Of a stretch of 58,935 nucleotides of DNA, positions 48,092 through 58,006 are shown piece after piece (the stretch's first letter is position 1; the number at the start of each line of letters is the position of its first letter). Below the pieces are notes generated by a model. The model did no database searches, was not told the DNA's origin, and saw nothing but the letters and a program-made list of their open reading frames with translations. The position numbers were made by a program, and so were the translations under genes. Origin of the DNA: a bacterium (GTDB lineage: Bacteria > JAMOTN01); the NCBI GenBank assembly GCA_027062325.1, contig JAMOTN010000005.1, positions 1 through 58,935 on the forward strand, read 5' to 3'.

Positions 48092-49294
48092 TTACTCCAC
48101 TATTTCAGTAACAACACCTGCTCCTATAGTACGTCCACCCTCACGAATTGCAAAACGCAATCCCTGCTCAATTGCCACCGGATAGATCAACTCAACTTCC
48201 ATGTTAACATTTTCTCCCGGCTTCACTATTTCAATTCCCTCTGGAAGTTTTATAGTTCCAGTAACATCTGCTGTTCTGAAGTAAAACTGTGGTTTATATC
48301 CATTATGGAACGGTTTGTGACGACCTCCTTCCTCTTTCTTAAGAACGTAAACTTCACCCTTGAACTTCTTATGAGCACTGATGCTTCCCGGCTTCGCCAA
48401 AACCATTCCACGGCGAATATCTTTCTTATCAATTCCACGAAGAAGAACTCCAACGTTATCTCCCGGAAGTGCCTCATCAAGCTCCTTACGGAACATTTCA
48501 ATTCCAGTAACAACCGTCTTCATTGGTCTATCATTGAAACCAACTATCTCAATTTCCTCTCCCACTTTAAGAGTTCCTCTCTCAACTCTTCCTGTAACAA
48601 CTGTACCACGGCCGGTAATAGTGAAGATATCTTCTATTGGCATAAGGAATGGTTTATCCTTATCACGAACTGGCTCAGGAATGTGCTCATCCATAGCATC
48701 AAGCAATTCCCAAATCTTTCCACACCACTGACAATCTCTATTTCCACAACCACACTCAAGAGCTTTAAGAGCACTTCCCTGAATAACTGGAATATTTTCT
48801 CCATCGTATCCATACTGAGTTAATAACTCTCTTACCTCTTCCTCAACCAACATAAGAAGCTCTTCATCATCAAGCATATCAACCTTATTCAAAAAGACTA
48901 TCATAGTTGGAACACCAACTTGCTTAGAGAGAAGTATGTGCTCACGAGTTTGTGGCATTGGACCATCTGCTGCGGAAACAACCAAGATTGCACCATCCAT
49001 TTGCGCAGCACCAGTAATCATATTCTTAACGTAGTCTGCGTGACCCGGACAGTCAATGTGCGCATAGTGTCTCTTCTCAGTCTCGTACTCAATGTGAGCA
49101 ACGTTAATAGTAATTCCACGCTCTTTCTCTTCTGGTGCCTTATCTATTTGATCAAATGGGGTAAAATCTGCAAATCCACGAGTTGAAAGAACTCTGGTTA
49201 TAGCTGCAGTAAGGGTAGTCTTACCATGGTCAACGTGCCCTATCGTACCAACATTCAAGTGAGGTTTCGTTCTAACAAATTTCTCTTTTCCCAT
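48092..49294 (-). CDS. tuf: Elongation factor Tu
   Basis: [33 protein letters not shown]; start at ATG 49294 (MGKEKF). Confidence 0.99.
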   Translation of the reverse strand: MGKEKFVRTKPHLNVGTIGHVDHGKTTLTAAITRVLSTRGFADFTPFDQIDKAPEEKERGITINVAHIEYETEKRHYAHIDCPGHADYVKNMITGAAQMDGAILVVSAADGPMPQTREHILLSKQVGVPTMIVFLNKVDMLDDEELLMLVEEEVRELLTQYGYDGENIPVIQGSALKALECGCGNRDCQWCGKIWELLDAMDEHIPEPVRDKDKPFLMPIEDIFTITGRGTVVTGRVERGTLKVGEEIEIVGFNDRPMKTVVTGIEMFRKELDEALPGDNVGVLLRGIDKKDIRRGMVLAKPGSISAHKKFKGEVYVLKKEEGGRHKPFHNGYKPQFYFRTADVTGTIKLPEGIEIVKPGENVNMEVELIYPVAIEQGLRFAIREGGRTIGAGVVTEIVE

Positions 49295-49373
49295 CTCCTT
49301 CATCCTCCTTCATCTTTAGGGTTTTTGATCTTTATCCCCTCTATGTTGAGTAAACTTTTATTTAAACTAAATA

Positions 49374-49446
49374 AGCCCACGGCCGGGCTTGAACCGGCGA
49401 CCTCTCCCTTACCAGGGGAGTGCTCTGCCGACTGAGCTACGTGGGC
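49374..49446 (-). tRNA. tRNA-Thr (GGT), CCA not encoded
   Basis: GCCCACGTAGCTCAG..CTCCC-CT-GGT-AA-GGGAG..GGTTCAAGCCC..GTGGGCT. Confidence 0.96.
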
Positions 49447-49456
49447 TTGAGAAAAG

Positions 49457-49540
49457 TGGGCAGGGGTGGATTCGAACCACCGAAGGCGTCAAGCCGTGGG
49501 ATTTACAGTCCCATGCCTTTGACCGCTTGGCTACCTGCCC
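49457..49540 (-). tRNA. tRNA-Tyr (GTA), CCA not encoded
   Basis: GGGCAGG..TGGGA-CT-GTA-AA-TCCCA, long variable arm, GGTTCGAATCC..CCTGCCCA. Confidence 0.96.
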
Positions 49541-49551
49541 ACACTCTCCAA

Positions 49552-49624
49552 AGCCGGTGAAGGGACTCGAACCCCCAACCCGTGGATTACAAATCCACTG
49601 CTCTGCCGATTGAGCTACACCGGC
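49552..49624 (-). tRNA. tRNA-Thr (TGT), CCA not encoded
   Basis: GCCGGTGTAGCTCAA..GTGGA-TT-TGT-AA-TCCAC..GGTTCGAGTCC..ACCGGCT. Confidence 0.96.
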
Positions 49625-49655
49625 TTATTGTTTCCCAAACTATGCCTCAAGTTGT

Positions 49656-49715
49656 AAGATAATACAGACACCGCCTTCTGTCAAGAAGTTACCACACGCT
49701 ATAAAGAAAAGTCAA
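49656..49715 (-). promoter_or_regulatory. Tandem sigma70-type promoters for the tRNA-tuf operon
   Basis: TTGACT-N18-TAACTT (with TG extension) at 49715-49686 and TTGACA-N17-TATCTT at 49684-49656. Confidence 0.6.
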
Positions 49716-49768
49716 GATTTTACTTATCATGCTATTACACTAACAACTTAATAATTTGCAAACGTTCT

Positions 49769-51607
49769 TTAAACTCCAGGCAAGATAACTGTGAAAGTTG
49801 AGCCTTTACCAGGCTCACTTTCTACCTCTATCCATCCTCCATGCTCATCCACAATCCTAGTGGATATTGATAGTCCCAATCCAACTCCTTCCTCTTTTTT
49901 GGTAAAAAACGGGTCAAATATTTTGGACATATCCTCTGGATTCATCCCAATCCCGTCATCTATAACTTTCAACTCATACCTACCATCCTTTTTAAATCCA
50001 ATAATTTTAATGCTCCCTCCCTGCCTACAAGCATCAATGGCATTATCTACAAGATTGTAAACCACTTGCTTCAATTTATCCGCATCAGCCAGCACTTCTC
50101 CTTTAACATCAACCTCCAACCTTACCCCCTTTTTGTCAGCCTTACTCTTTAAAGCCTCAACTATCGGTAAAACAACCTCCTCTGCTCCAATATACCTCTT
50201 GTTAACAACGGCAGGTTTGGCAAAATTGTTTATCTGATCCACAATTTTTGCCAATCTCTCCACCTCTTCGTTTATCAACTTGACGGTATTGTCAAACTCC
50301 TGAGAATCCTTAATATTTGGAAGAACCTGCACTAACATTTTTATACCACTTAGTGGGTTCCTTATTTCATGAGCAATTCCAACTGCAAATTCTCCTAAAA
50401 CTGATAGCTTTTCCAATCTTTTCAGTCTTCCTTTCATCTTAACTTCAAAAGTCTTATCTCTCATAACACACACAACTGCATCTTCATCCTCAAATCTTAT
50501 TGGTTGAATCACAAGATCGTAGTACCTATCAGCCCACTCAAAATTCTGAACCTCAATGAGAACCTTCTCAGAGATCGCTCTCTCATAAAATTCCCATAGA
50601 GGATTAGCTATGCTGAGCACGCTTCCCTTTAAAACTTTCTTTATCTGCTTATTTGCAAAAACAACACGTGAACTTGAATCAATCACAGCAACACCATCTT
50701 TTAAGTTATCAAGCACCACCTGCAAATAAGAGTAGTATTTATCTATCTGTCCTTTCAATGAGTTTATTCTGTCAAGTTGTACAGCAAACAACTTCAACAT
50801 CAATAAATCCGAAGCTGCGTACGCATAGCTTCTTCTACTCGCCACAAAGTACAGCAGTCCCTCATCTGATTCATACATCATTTGTGAATTAAAATAATTG
50901 CTGTAATTCAAAATTCCTTCTCTTAAACGTTCGCTTTTCACAGGCTGTAAAATTTCTTTTAACAAAACCTCATGAGGTAAATTTACATCTCCAACCTCTG
51001 CTAAAACCTCGTCTCCTTTGAGCACCGCCACAAAATCCGCCATAAAAAACTCTCTTAATACCTGGATGTTCTCACCTAGATCATAACTCTTTACTCCATC
51101 AAAACTCCTAAGCTGAAGCTCAACTTTCATAGATTCCATCAATTTTGAGAACATCCAAACTAGCAGGGACAACTGCGGCATCATATCCTTCAAAACTTTT
51201 ACAAACCACTTTTTTAAATTTTCATCACTCAAAAGTACTTGCAATTGCCGCCCGGTACCCAACTCTTTTTGTACCCCTTTCTCCATATCTTCTGAAAAAA
51301 CTAGCACAGCAAAACCCAATATTTTTCCAAAAACAAGGGGAATTTTTAAAAATTTTGAAAACTTATCCATAAATATCTGATCCACACATCCAACTCTATA
51401 AGGAATAACAACCTCCCCACTTTCAACTTTTTCATCAAAACTTAACTCCATCTCAACTCTCAGAGTGTTATCATCAGCAATGGTAAAGAGTATAACTTTC
51501 TTAACACCAAACTTACTCCCTTCTTTAAGCAATTGGTGCAGTTTTCTTCTAAGAGTTTGTGGAATCCTTTTTTCCAATTTTCCTCTATTTTCAAAGAGTT
51601 CATTCAT
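49769..51607 (-). CDS. PAS-domain sensor histidine kinase, apparently cytoplasmic
   Basis: VLDNLKDGVAVID..VFAN PAS; IAHEIRNPL H-box; NLVDNAIDA, DDGIG, FDPFFT, GVGLGL boxes. Confidence 0.92.
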   Translation of the reverse strand: MNELFENRGKLEKRIPQTLRRKLHQLLKEGSKFGVKKVILFTIADDNTLRVEMELSFDEKVESGEVVIPYRVGCVDQIFMDKFSKFLKIPLVFGKILGFAVLVFSEDMEKGVQKELGTGRQLQVLLSDENLKKWFVKVLKDMMPQLSLLVWMFSKLMESMKVELQLRSFDGVKSYDLGENIQVLREFFMADFVAVLKGDEVLAEVGDVNLPHEVLLKEILQPVKSERLREGILNYSNYFNSQMMYESDEGLLYFVASRRSYAYAASDLLMLKLFAVQLDRINSLKGQIDKYYSYLQVVLDNLKDGVAVIDSSSRVVFANKQIKKVLKGSVLSIANPLWEFYERAISEKVLIEVQNFEWADRYYDLVIQPIRFEDEDAVVCVMRDKTFEVKMKGRLKRLEKLSVLGEFAVGIAHEIRNPLSGIKMLVQVLPNIKDSQEFDNTVKLINEEVERLAKIVDQINNFAKPAVVNKRYIGAEEVVLPIVEALKSKADKKGVRLEVDVKGEVLADADKLKQVVYNLVDNAIDACRQGGSIKIIGFKKDGRYELKVIDDGIGMNPEDMSKIFDPFFTKKEEGVGLGLSISTRIVDEHGGWIEVESEPGKGSTFTVILPGV

Positions 51608-51610
51608 AAG

Positions 51611-54600
51611 TTACACCTCTATTTCCCTCTCTACCTCAACTATAGCCCTTATTCTGGAATAAAGAGCAGTTGAAACATCAGCCCAATCAAATTCACCTTT
51701 TTCAACCTTCTCCATCTCCCTTTCCAATTTTAACGTAAATTCCTCATCTATCCATTCTGGATAATGTTCCTTCAAATATCTGTAAACTTTTATTCCTAAT
51801 TCTGTAGGTATTATGCGGCGATTGTACTCTTTTACGTAACCTCTGTCAAATAGTGTAGCAACAATAGTAGCATACGTCGAAGGCCTTCCCAACCCTCTCT
51901 TTCTCATCTCTTCAACAAGTGTCCCCTGTGTAAACAGCGCTATTTTAGGCAGATATACAACCTCTGCCTCGAAACCACCTTCTACATCAAAGTAACTAAC
52001 ATTCCAGTAAAGACTGTAGGTTTTACGAACAGGTTTTGTGAAAAACTCTTTCTCCACTTCAAACTGTCTCTTTTCAAACTTCACTTTAAAAACACACTTC
52101 ACAAACTCTGCTATTTCCCTTTTCATCTGAGAAGCTATAAATCTTCTAAATATCAAATCATAAAGCCTTAAGTGATCATTTGAAAGACTAATCTGACCAC
52201 TTTTCACGATTTCCCTTAACTCAAAATAATCTACAGGTTTTGTGGGCCTTATTGCCTCATGAGCCCCTTCAGAAGAGAAGCGATGAGGTTCTATTAAATC
52301 TTCCAGTTTATTATTTTTCAAGTAAACTCTCGCAACTCCTACACCAGCATCAGAAATTCTAAAAGAATCTGTACGATGATAAGTTATCAATCCCCTTTCA
52401 AATAAAGTTTGGGCAATCTGCATAACCTTATCCGCACTCCATCCAAGTATTCTTGAGGCAGTTGTCAACAAAGTCGAGGTATTGAAAGGATACAGCAACT
52501 CCGTCTCTCTCTCTTCACGACTAACAATTTCAAACTCAACATTTCTTAGCTTTCCAACCTCTCTCTTTTTATACTCCCCGATCCTAACCTCCAGCCTTTC
52601 TCTGCTCCCCTCAGCTTTACTGGCCAACACCAAAGCTAAATCCTTTATCTTTGCTCTTTCATATCTATCTATTATCCAACCCAATACAGGCGTCTGAACC
52701 CTTCCAGCAGACAACCAATTCGCATCAAACTCTTCCCAAAGTTTTCTACTTATACCAAACCCGACCCATCTGTCCGCAACTCGTCTCAAAACCTGAGCTT
52801 CCACTAATCTTTCATCCACTTTTTCTTCTGTTAAAACCGCTTTCTCAAACTCACGTCTTGTAATCTCATGCATCTTCATCCTATTTACATGCTCTGAAAA
52901 TCCAGCTATGTTAACATAAACATCCCACGCTATCTTCTCTCCTTCCGTATCAGGGTCTGTTGCTATTAAAACAGTGTTTGCCTCCCAAGCAAGTTGTCTT
53001 AACGAATCTATTACATCTTTTTTATCCTCTATCACTTCACCCTCATTCTCTTTAACAATTGGCTTATAAACCGGAACAAACGCTTCTTCTTTCACTACTC
53101 CAAATATCCCCTCATCCTCTACTAAATCCAACATGTGTCCTCTGCTAGCAGTAAGTATGAAAGTCACATCAGCAGCGTTAACCTCCCAAGCAGTCAAACC
53201 CTTAAAAACCTTTGCAGCAGGCTTTCCGAAAAACGACGCAATTGTCCTAGCTTTGGTTGGTGACTCAACAATCACTAGTTCCACCGAAGGTCTAACACTC
53301 ATCTTCTTACTATCCTTGAGCTGTTTCTCTGCCTTACGAAAATCAAACTTTTCAAAATAAAAATCTTCAATAAAAAACTTCATACGACGTTCGAGAAAAT
53401 CTAACAAGCGCTTATCCAACTCATCTCTCACATTTACTACAGCAACACCAGCTGTTATTCCCTCTGCAGTCAATCTACTAGTACGCCCCGTAGCCTGAAG
53501 ATAGGTCGTCGTATCAGGAACCACTATTACCTCTTCATCTGGATTGTAAATAACATGTGAAGCAATCTTTTCTCTAATATCTTGCTGTAGCAAATAATTT
53601 CTAATCTTATCTGCAATGTGATTCAACCATTTATCTTCTTTTAGCTTATTCTCATCACGAACATACTGAACCTGTCTCAACTTATCAAACCACCACGAAG
53701 GTATATCTATAACCCGTGCCAATATTCTTGCCGCCCAAAACAGAACAAACGGTCTTTCCACGCTTGGAGAAAATGGTATCTTAACATGAGGCGGTCTCCA
53801 AAAGGCACACCACTTAACTACATCTGGCAAATTTATACCTCTTACCAAAGGATTTCTAGGATTTGCCACTCCCAGTAAAAACTTGTACCTCGAAACGTTT
53901 TCAAGATTAGCCGAAACATCTGTTGACTTTAAAACTTTGTACTTTTTAGAAAGAGAGCTGTAAACCTTTTCAACTTCTTCCAAACTAGGAAATAACACTA
54001 TTCCCGTTCCATCCAACTTTGCTAATTTTTCAAAAAACTCATCCATATCAAGCTGAGCCAGAAAATCCTTAACATTTCTAAAAGCCCAGTTTCTCCCTGT
54101 CATTATGTCGATCCCAACAGTATTTGTTAAAAGGTTGCCAACTCCCTTAGCCGTAGCAGAAGAGATTATAAGTTGGCCCTTAGCCTCTATTTTCTCTTTG
54201 CGGGCAATTTTTATCTCATCAGGTGTATATCCCAAAGTCAACAACACGTAATAAACGATGGCACTTCCTTTAAACATACTGTCAATATCATCAACAAAAA
54301 CTTGTTCCACCTTTCCTGCAATTTTCTGATGATTTCTCACTAAAAATTGGCTTGTCGCAACAATTGCGTCCCACTTTTCTGATTCAACAATTTTCTTATC
54401 TTTGCTTGAGAAATAAAACACTATATTACGGACCGCTTTTAAAATTTCCTTCTTATTAAGCCTCCCATCCTTCCATTTTTTCAACCTTTTCTCCCACTGC
54501 ACAAAAATATCATGTGCTTGCTCCACTAAAGCCTTTGTAGGAAAAACCACTAATGCCCTTTTTCCCTCTATAATTCCAATAAGTGTCGCAAATAATCCAA

Positions 54601-54880
54601 AAGTTGTCTTACCTATTCCAACACTTGCAACCAATGGAAAACTTTCTCCAAGCAGGAATCTCTTCAACCAACTCTGCTGCAATGGAAGCATCTCTTTTCC
54701 AACTAGAAGCTCAAATAAATCCTTGTATAAGTCAACTTTTTCTTTTAACGATTGAATCCTTTCCCAAAATCCTTTTGGAGAAACGCTGCACCTCGCACAA
54801 ACCCCATATTTTAACAGCTCAGTACTAGCCACTCGCTTTCCACATGATGGACACAGACGCTCAAAGTATGCCTTCACCAT
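51611..54880 (-). CDS. rgy: Reverse gyrase
   Basis: N-terminal CPSC..CARC, helicase-like domain (GIGKTTF, DDID, SSATA, QATGRTSRL) fused to topoisomerase IA (VESPTKA, ATDPDTEGEKI, SAGRVQTP, GLITYHRTDS, GLGRPSTYA). Confidence 0.96.
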   Translation of the reverse strand: MVKAYFERLCPSCGKRVASTELLKYGVCARCSVSPKGFWERIQSLKEKVDLYKDLFELLVGKEMLPLQQSWLKRFLLGESFPLVASVGIGKTTFGLFATLIGIIEGKRALVVFPTKALVEQAHDIFVQWEKRLKKWKDGRLNKKEILKAVRNIVFYFSSKDKKIVESEKWDAIVATSQFLVRNHQKIAGKVEQVFVDDIDSMFKGSAIVYYVLLTLGYTPDEIKIARKEKIEAKGQLIISSATAKGVGNLLTNTVGIDIMTGRNWAFRNVKDFLAQLDMDEFFEKLAKLDGTGIVLFPSLEEVEKVYSSLSKKYKVLKSTDVSANLENVSRYKFLLGVANPRNPLVRGINLPDVVKWCAFWRPPHVKIPFSPSVERPFVLFWAARILARVIDIPSWWFDKLRQVQYVRDENKLKEDKWLNHIADKIRNYLLQQDIREKIASHVIYNPDEEVIVVPDTTTYLQATGRTSRLTAEGITAGVAVVNVRDELDKRLLDFLERRMKFFIEDFYFEKFDFRKAEKQLKDSKKMSVRPSVELVIVESPTKARTIASFFGKPAAKVFKGLTAWEVNAADVTFILTASRGHMLDLVEDEGIFGVVKEEAFVPVYKPIVKENEGEVIEDKKDVIDSLRQLAWEANTVLIATDPDTEGEKIAWDVYVNIAGFSEHVNRMKMHEITRREFEKAVLTEEKVDERLVEAQVLRRVADRWVGFGISRKLWEEFDANWLSAGRVQTPVLGWIIDRYERAKIKDLALVLASKAEGSRERLEVRIGEYKKREVGKLRNVEFEIVSREERETELLYPFNTSTLLTTASRILGWSADKVMQIAQTLFERGLITYHRTDSFRISDAGVGVARVYLKNNKLEDLIEPHRFSSEGAHEAIRPTKPVDYFELREIVKSGQISLSNDHLRLYDLIFRRFIASQMKREIAEFVKCVFKVKFEKRQFEVEKEFFTKPVRKTYSLYWNVSYFDVEGGFEAEVVYLPKIALFTQGTLVEEMRKRGLGRPSTYATIVATLFDRGYVKEYNRRIIPTELGIKVYRYLKEHYPEWIDEEFTLKLEREMEKVEKGEFDWADVSTALYSRIRAIVEVEREIEV

Positions 54881-55118
54881 TATTCACTCCCCATTACTTC
54901 AACTTTGCTGCGTAAAATAGCATACACCAAAAGCTGCTATTTCTTCCACGATAATCTCAACCATTTAGCTACACCTTCAATAAAATTCCCATTTTCAGTT
55001 TTTACACACTCAACTTACAAAGACATTAACATACTGATAATAAAAAATTACTATGGTATTATAAATTAGGAAGTTAGCATTGCATAACAAATTTGCCGAC
55101 GCAAATGAGGTGAGGTAA

Positions 55119-56495
55119 ATGAAAAGCGTTATACTAGCAGCAGGTATCGGGAAGAGATTCAAATCCCAGATTCCAAAACCTCTTCACACCATATTAGGCA
55201 TTTCAATGTTTGGCTGGGTACTAAAAGAAGCCCTTGAAGTTACAGATGAAGCAATAGTAGTTATAAACCCAGACTTTAAAGTCGAGTTTGAAAATTCGTT
55301 AGATAGAATAAAGGAAGTCTTTAAAATAGAAAAAGAAGTCCATTTTGCCTTTCAAAACGAACCAACTGGCACTTTAACTGCTCTCGTATCTGCTGCTCCT
55401 CTTTTGACTGGAAATGACACTGTACTTGTACTATGTGCCGACACTCCACTGGTAACCTCAGAGCTCCTGGCAGAGTTTTTAAAACAATCTGAAGATTCTC
55501 CAAATGCAATTTTAGCTGTTCGTACTGAAAACCCAACCGGATATGGAAGGATAATACACAACGACAATATTCTACTCAAAATTGTGGAAGAGGCAGACCT
55601 TACCGAAGAAGCCCGTAGCATAAAGCTTGTAAACTCAGGAATTTATAAACTCAACTGGAAAGACGTTATTGAAAATTACGCAGATGTCAGACCTGCCAAC
55701 AAACAAAACGAATATTATCTAACAGATCTTGCATCTCTTCTTAAGTGTCACGTCGTTGAAACAGATAACGAGGATTGTTTAATAGGTGTAAACAACAGGT
55801 ATCAGTTATCTCTAGTAGAAGAAAACTTAATTGATAGGATAATTCAAAATTTAGCAATGGAAGGCGTAAGATTTGTAAAGCCCTCTACCATTTACATTGA
55901 ACCCCTTGTCAACATTGAAAAAGACTGCACAATAGGTCCAAATGTTATTCTAAAGGGCAACACCACAATCTCTACAGGTACTGTCATATCAAATAGTGAA
56001 GTTGAAAACTCAACAATTGGCAAAAGTTGCACGCTAACCTTTAGTGTTGTAAAGAATTCTACTATTGCCTCAAATACAACGGTTGGACCATTTGCTCACA
56101 TAAGAGATGGCGCCCAAATTGGCAATGAATGTCGTATTGGCAACTTTGTAGAAGTGAAAAATTCAAAGCTTGAAGACAAAGTCAAGGCTGCACATCTTTC
56201 ATATCTTGGAGATGCAGAAGTGGGGGAAGATGCAAATATTGGAGCAGGAACCATCACCTGCAATTTTGACGGGAAGCAAAAGCACAAGACGGTGATAGAA
56301 AAAAAAGCTTTTATAGGTAGCAACTCCTCACTCGTTGCGCCAGTTAAAATCGGGGCAAACAGCATGGTTGCGGCAGGAAGTGTTATTACAAAAAATGTTC
56401 CAAGAGACTCCCTTGCAATTGCCCGTGCACGCCAAGAAAACAAAGAAGATTGGGTAAGAAGATATAAAAGGAGGCAGAAAGATGAGCCTAAATAA
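55119..56495 (+). CDS. glmU: Bifunctional UDP-GlcNAc pyrophosphorylase / glucosamine-1-P acetyltransferase
   Basis: ILAAGIGKRFKS..PKPLH, GYGRI, EYYLTD, GVNNR, GNFVEVK, HLSYLGD, NIGAGTITCNFDG. Confidence 0.97.
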   Translation: MKSVILAAGIGKRFKSQIPKPLHTILGISMFGWVLKEALEVTDEAIVVINPDFKVEFENSLDRIKEVFKIEKEVHFAFQNEPTGTLTALVSAAPLLTGNDTVLVLCADTPLVTSELLAEFLKQSEDSPNAILAVRTENPTGYGRIIHNDNILLKIVEEADLTEEARSIKLVNSGIYKLNWKDVIENYADVRPANKQNEYYLTDLASLLKCHVVETDNEDCLIGVNNRYQLSLVEENLIDRIIQNLAMEGVRFVKPSTIYIEPLVNIEKDCTIGPNVILKGNTTISTGTVISNSEVENSTIGKSCTLTFSVVKNSTIASNTTVGPFAHIRDGAQIGNECRIGNFVEVKNSKLEDKVKAAHLSYLGDAEVGEDANIGAGTITCNFDGKQKHKTVIEKKAFIGSNSSLVAPVKIGANSMVAAGSVITKNVPRDSLAIARARQENKEDWVRRYKRRQKDEPK

Positions 56496-57438
56496 ATCCC
56501 CCTTGAAAATTTTCAATGTTGGCGCAAATCCTCGTCTAGCAGAAGAGATAGCAGAGTGTCTTGGAATAAAGTTAGCAGACGCTGAGATTAAAAAGTTTGC
56601 CGACGGTGAGGTCTCTGTTATAATTCGCGAAAGCGTACGCGGAGCAGACGTATTCCTAATACAACCGACTTGCCCTCCTGTTAACGAAAATCTGATGACT
56701 CTTCTCATCGTAGTCGACGCTATCAAAAGAGCATCTGCAGGCAGAATCACTGCTGTTATCCCTTATTACGGATACTGCCGCCAAGAAAAGAAAACGCGCG
56801 GAAGAGAACCTATAACTGCAAAACTTGTTGCAAATCTACTCGTAACAGCTGGAATTGATAGAATAGTCACATTTGATCTTCACACATGGGCCATTCAAGG
56901 ATTTTTTGACATACCCGTTGACCACTTTACTGCAATACCAATTCTTTCCGATTACTTTAAAAATCAGAACCTCAAAGGCGAGGATATAGTAGTAGTATCA
57001 CCAGATGCAGGTGGAGTCCAAAGAGCAAGAGCATTTGCTAAACGCCTCAACTCATCACTTGCAATAATAGACAAAAGACGCCCTAAACCAAATGTTGCAG
57101 AAGTAATGAACATAGTTGGAGACGTATCAGGAAAAACAGCAATAATAGTTGACGACATAATAGATACAGCAGGAACTTTAACTAAAGCAGCTCAAATTTT
57201 GAAGGATCATGGAGCTAAAAAAATCTACGCAGCAGCAACTCACGGTCTCTTTTCTGGAGAAGCAATTGAAAAGATTAACTCATCTCCGCTTACTGAGGTG
57301 GTAATATCAAATACAATTCCTCTACGCGTTAACTCTGAAAAGATTCGTGTGTTGTCCATTGCCCCATTTTTGAGTGAGGGAATATATCGAATCCACAATA
57401 ACCTCAGTTTGAGTTATCTATTCGAGATATGGAAATAA
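56482..57438 (+). CDS. prs: Ribose-phosphate pyrophosphokinase
   Basis: FADGE, ESVRG, PYYGY, DLH..IQGFF, VSPDAGG, VDDIIDTAGT. Confidence 0.98.
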   Translation: MSLNKSPLKIFNVGANPRLAEEIAECLGIKLADAEIKKFADGEVSVIIRESVRGADVFLIQPTCPPVNENLMTLLIVVDAIKRASAGRITAVIPYYGYCRQEKKTRGREPITAKLVANLLVTAGIDRIVTFDLHTWAIQGFFDIPVDHFTAIPILSDYFKNQNLKGEDIVVVSPDAGGVQRARAFAKRLNSSLAIIDKRRPKPNVAEVMNIVGDVSGKTAIIVDDIIDTAGTLTKAAQILKDHGAKKIYAAATHGLFSGEAIEKINSSPLTEVVISNTIPLRVNSEKIRVLSIAPFLSEGIYRIHNNLSLSYLFEIWK

Positions 57439-57452
57439 AGGAGGGAAAGAAG

Positions 57453-57992
57453 TTGAACGCAAACTCTAACAGCATAAGGGGGACAACAATTCTAGCAGTA
57501 AGGCGAAACAATGAGACAGCCATAGCTGCCGATGGACAGGTAACATTTGGAGATATTGCCATCAAGTCAAGTGCTAAAAAACTTCATAAATTTTTGGACA
57601 GTAAAGTTATCATTGGTATGGCAGGGGCTGTATCTGATTGTTTATTCATGCTTGAAAAAATTGAGTCTCTTCTTGAAACATATGGAAACTTACCAAAAGC
57701 TATGATAGAACTTGCAAAATCTATAAGAGGTGCAAATCTTCACGGTCAACTACTAGCAGTTGACTCTCGCCATATACTAATACTTGAAGGATCTGGAAAT
57801 GTTATGCAACCTGAAGAAAACGTTGCTGCCATAGGTTCAGGAGGGATGTTTGCCTGGAGCGCAGCTTATGCTCTCTTAAAAAATACCGATCTTTCTGCAA
57901 AAGATATAGTCAAAAATGCTATGGAAATTGCAGCAAAGCTCTGTATCTACACTAACAACGAATTATCGATAGAAGTACTAAAAGAAGAGTAA
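57453..57992 (+). CDS. hslV: ATP-dependent protease peptidase subunit HslV
   Basis: G|TTILAVR..ADGQVT, GMAG, AIGSGG, CIYTN; TTG 57453 after AGGAGG. Confidence 0.95.
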   Translation: MNANSNSIRGTTILAVRRNNETAIAADGQVTFGDIAIKSSAKKLHKFLDSKVIIGMAGAVSDCLFMLEKIESLLETYGNLPKAMIELAKSIRGANLHGQLLAVDSRHILILEGSGNVMQPEENVAAIGSGGMFAWSAAYALLKNTDLSAKDIVKNAMEIAAKLCIYTNNELSIEVLKEE

Positions 57993-58006
57993 AGGAGAGA
58001 GAGGGT

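Noticed and set aside
47746-48111. 121-aa plus-strand ORF, and likewise 49226-49435 and 49389-49613
   Set aside because: These are antisense readings of tRNA genes, rpmG and tuf.
51611-54880. Intein or split in reverse gyrase
   Set aside because: The length (1089 aa) is ordinary and no intein or homing-endonuclease motifs were seen.
55074-55105. CIRCE or c-di-GMP-I riboswitch upstream of glmU
   Set aside because: The right CIRCE arm is poor; GACGCAAA is present without the GAAA-tetraloop stem or the second stem.
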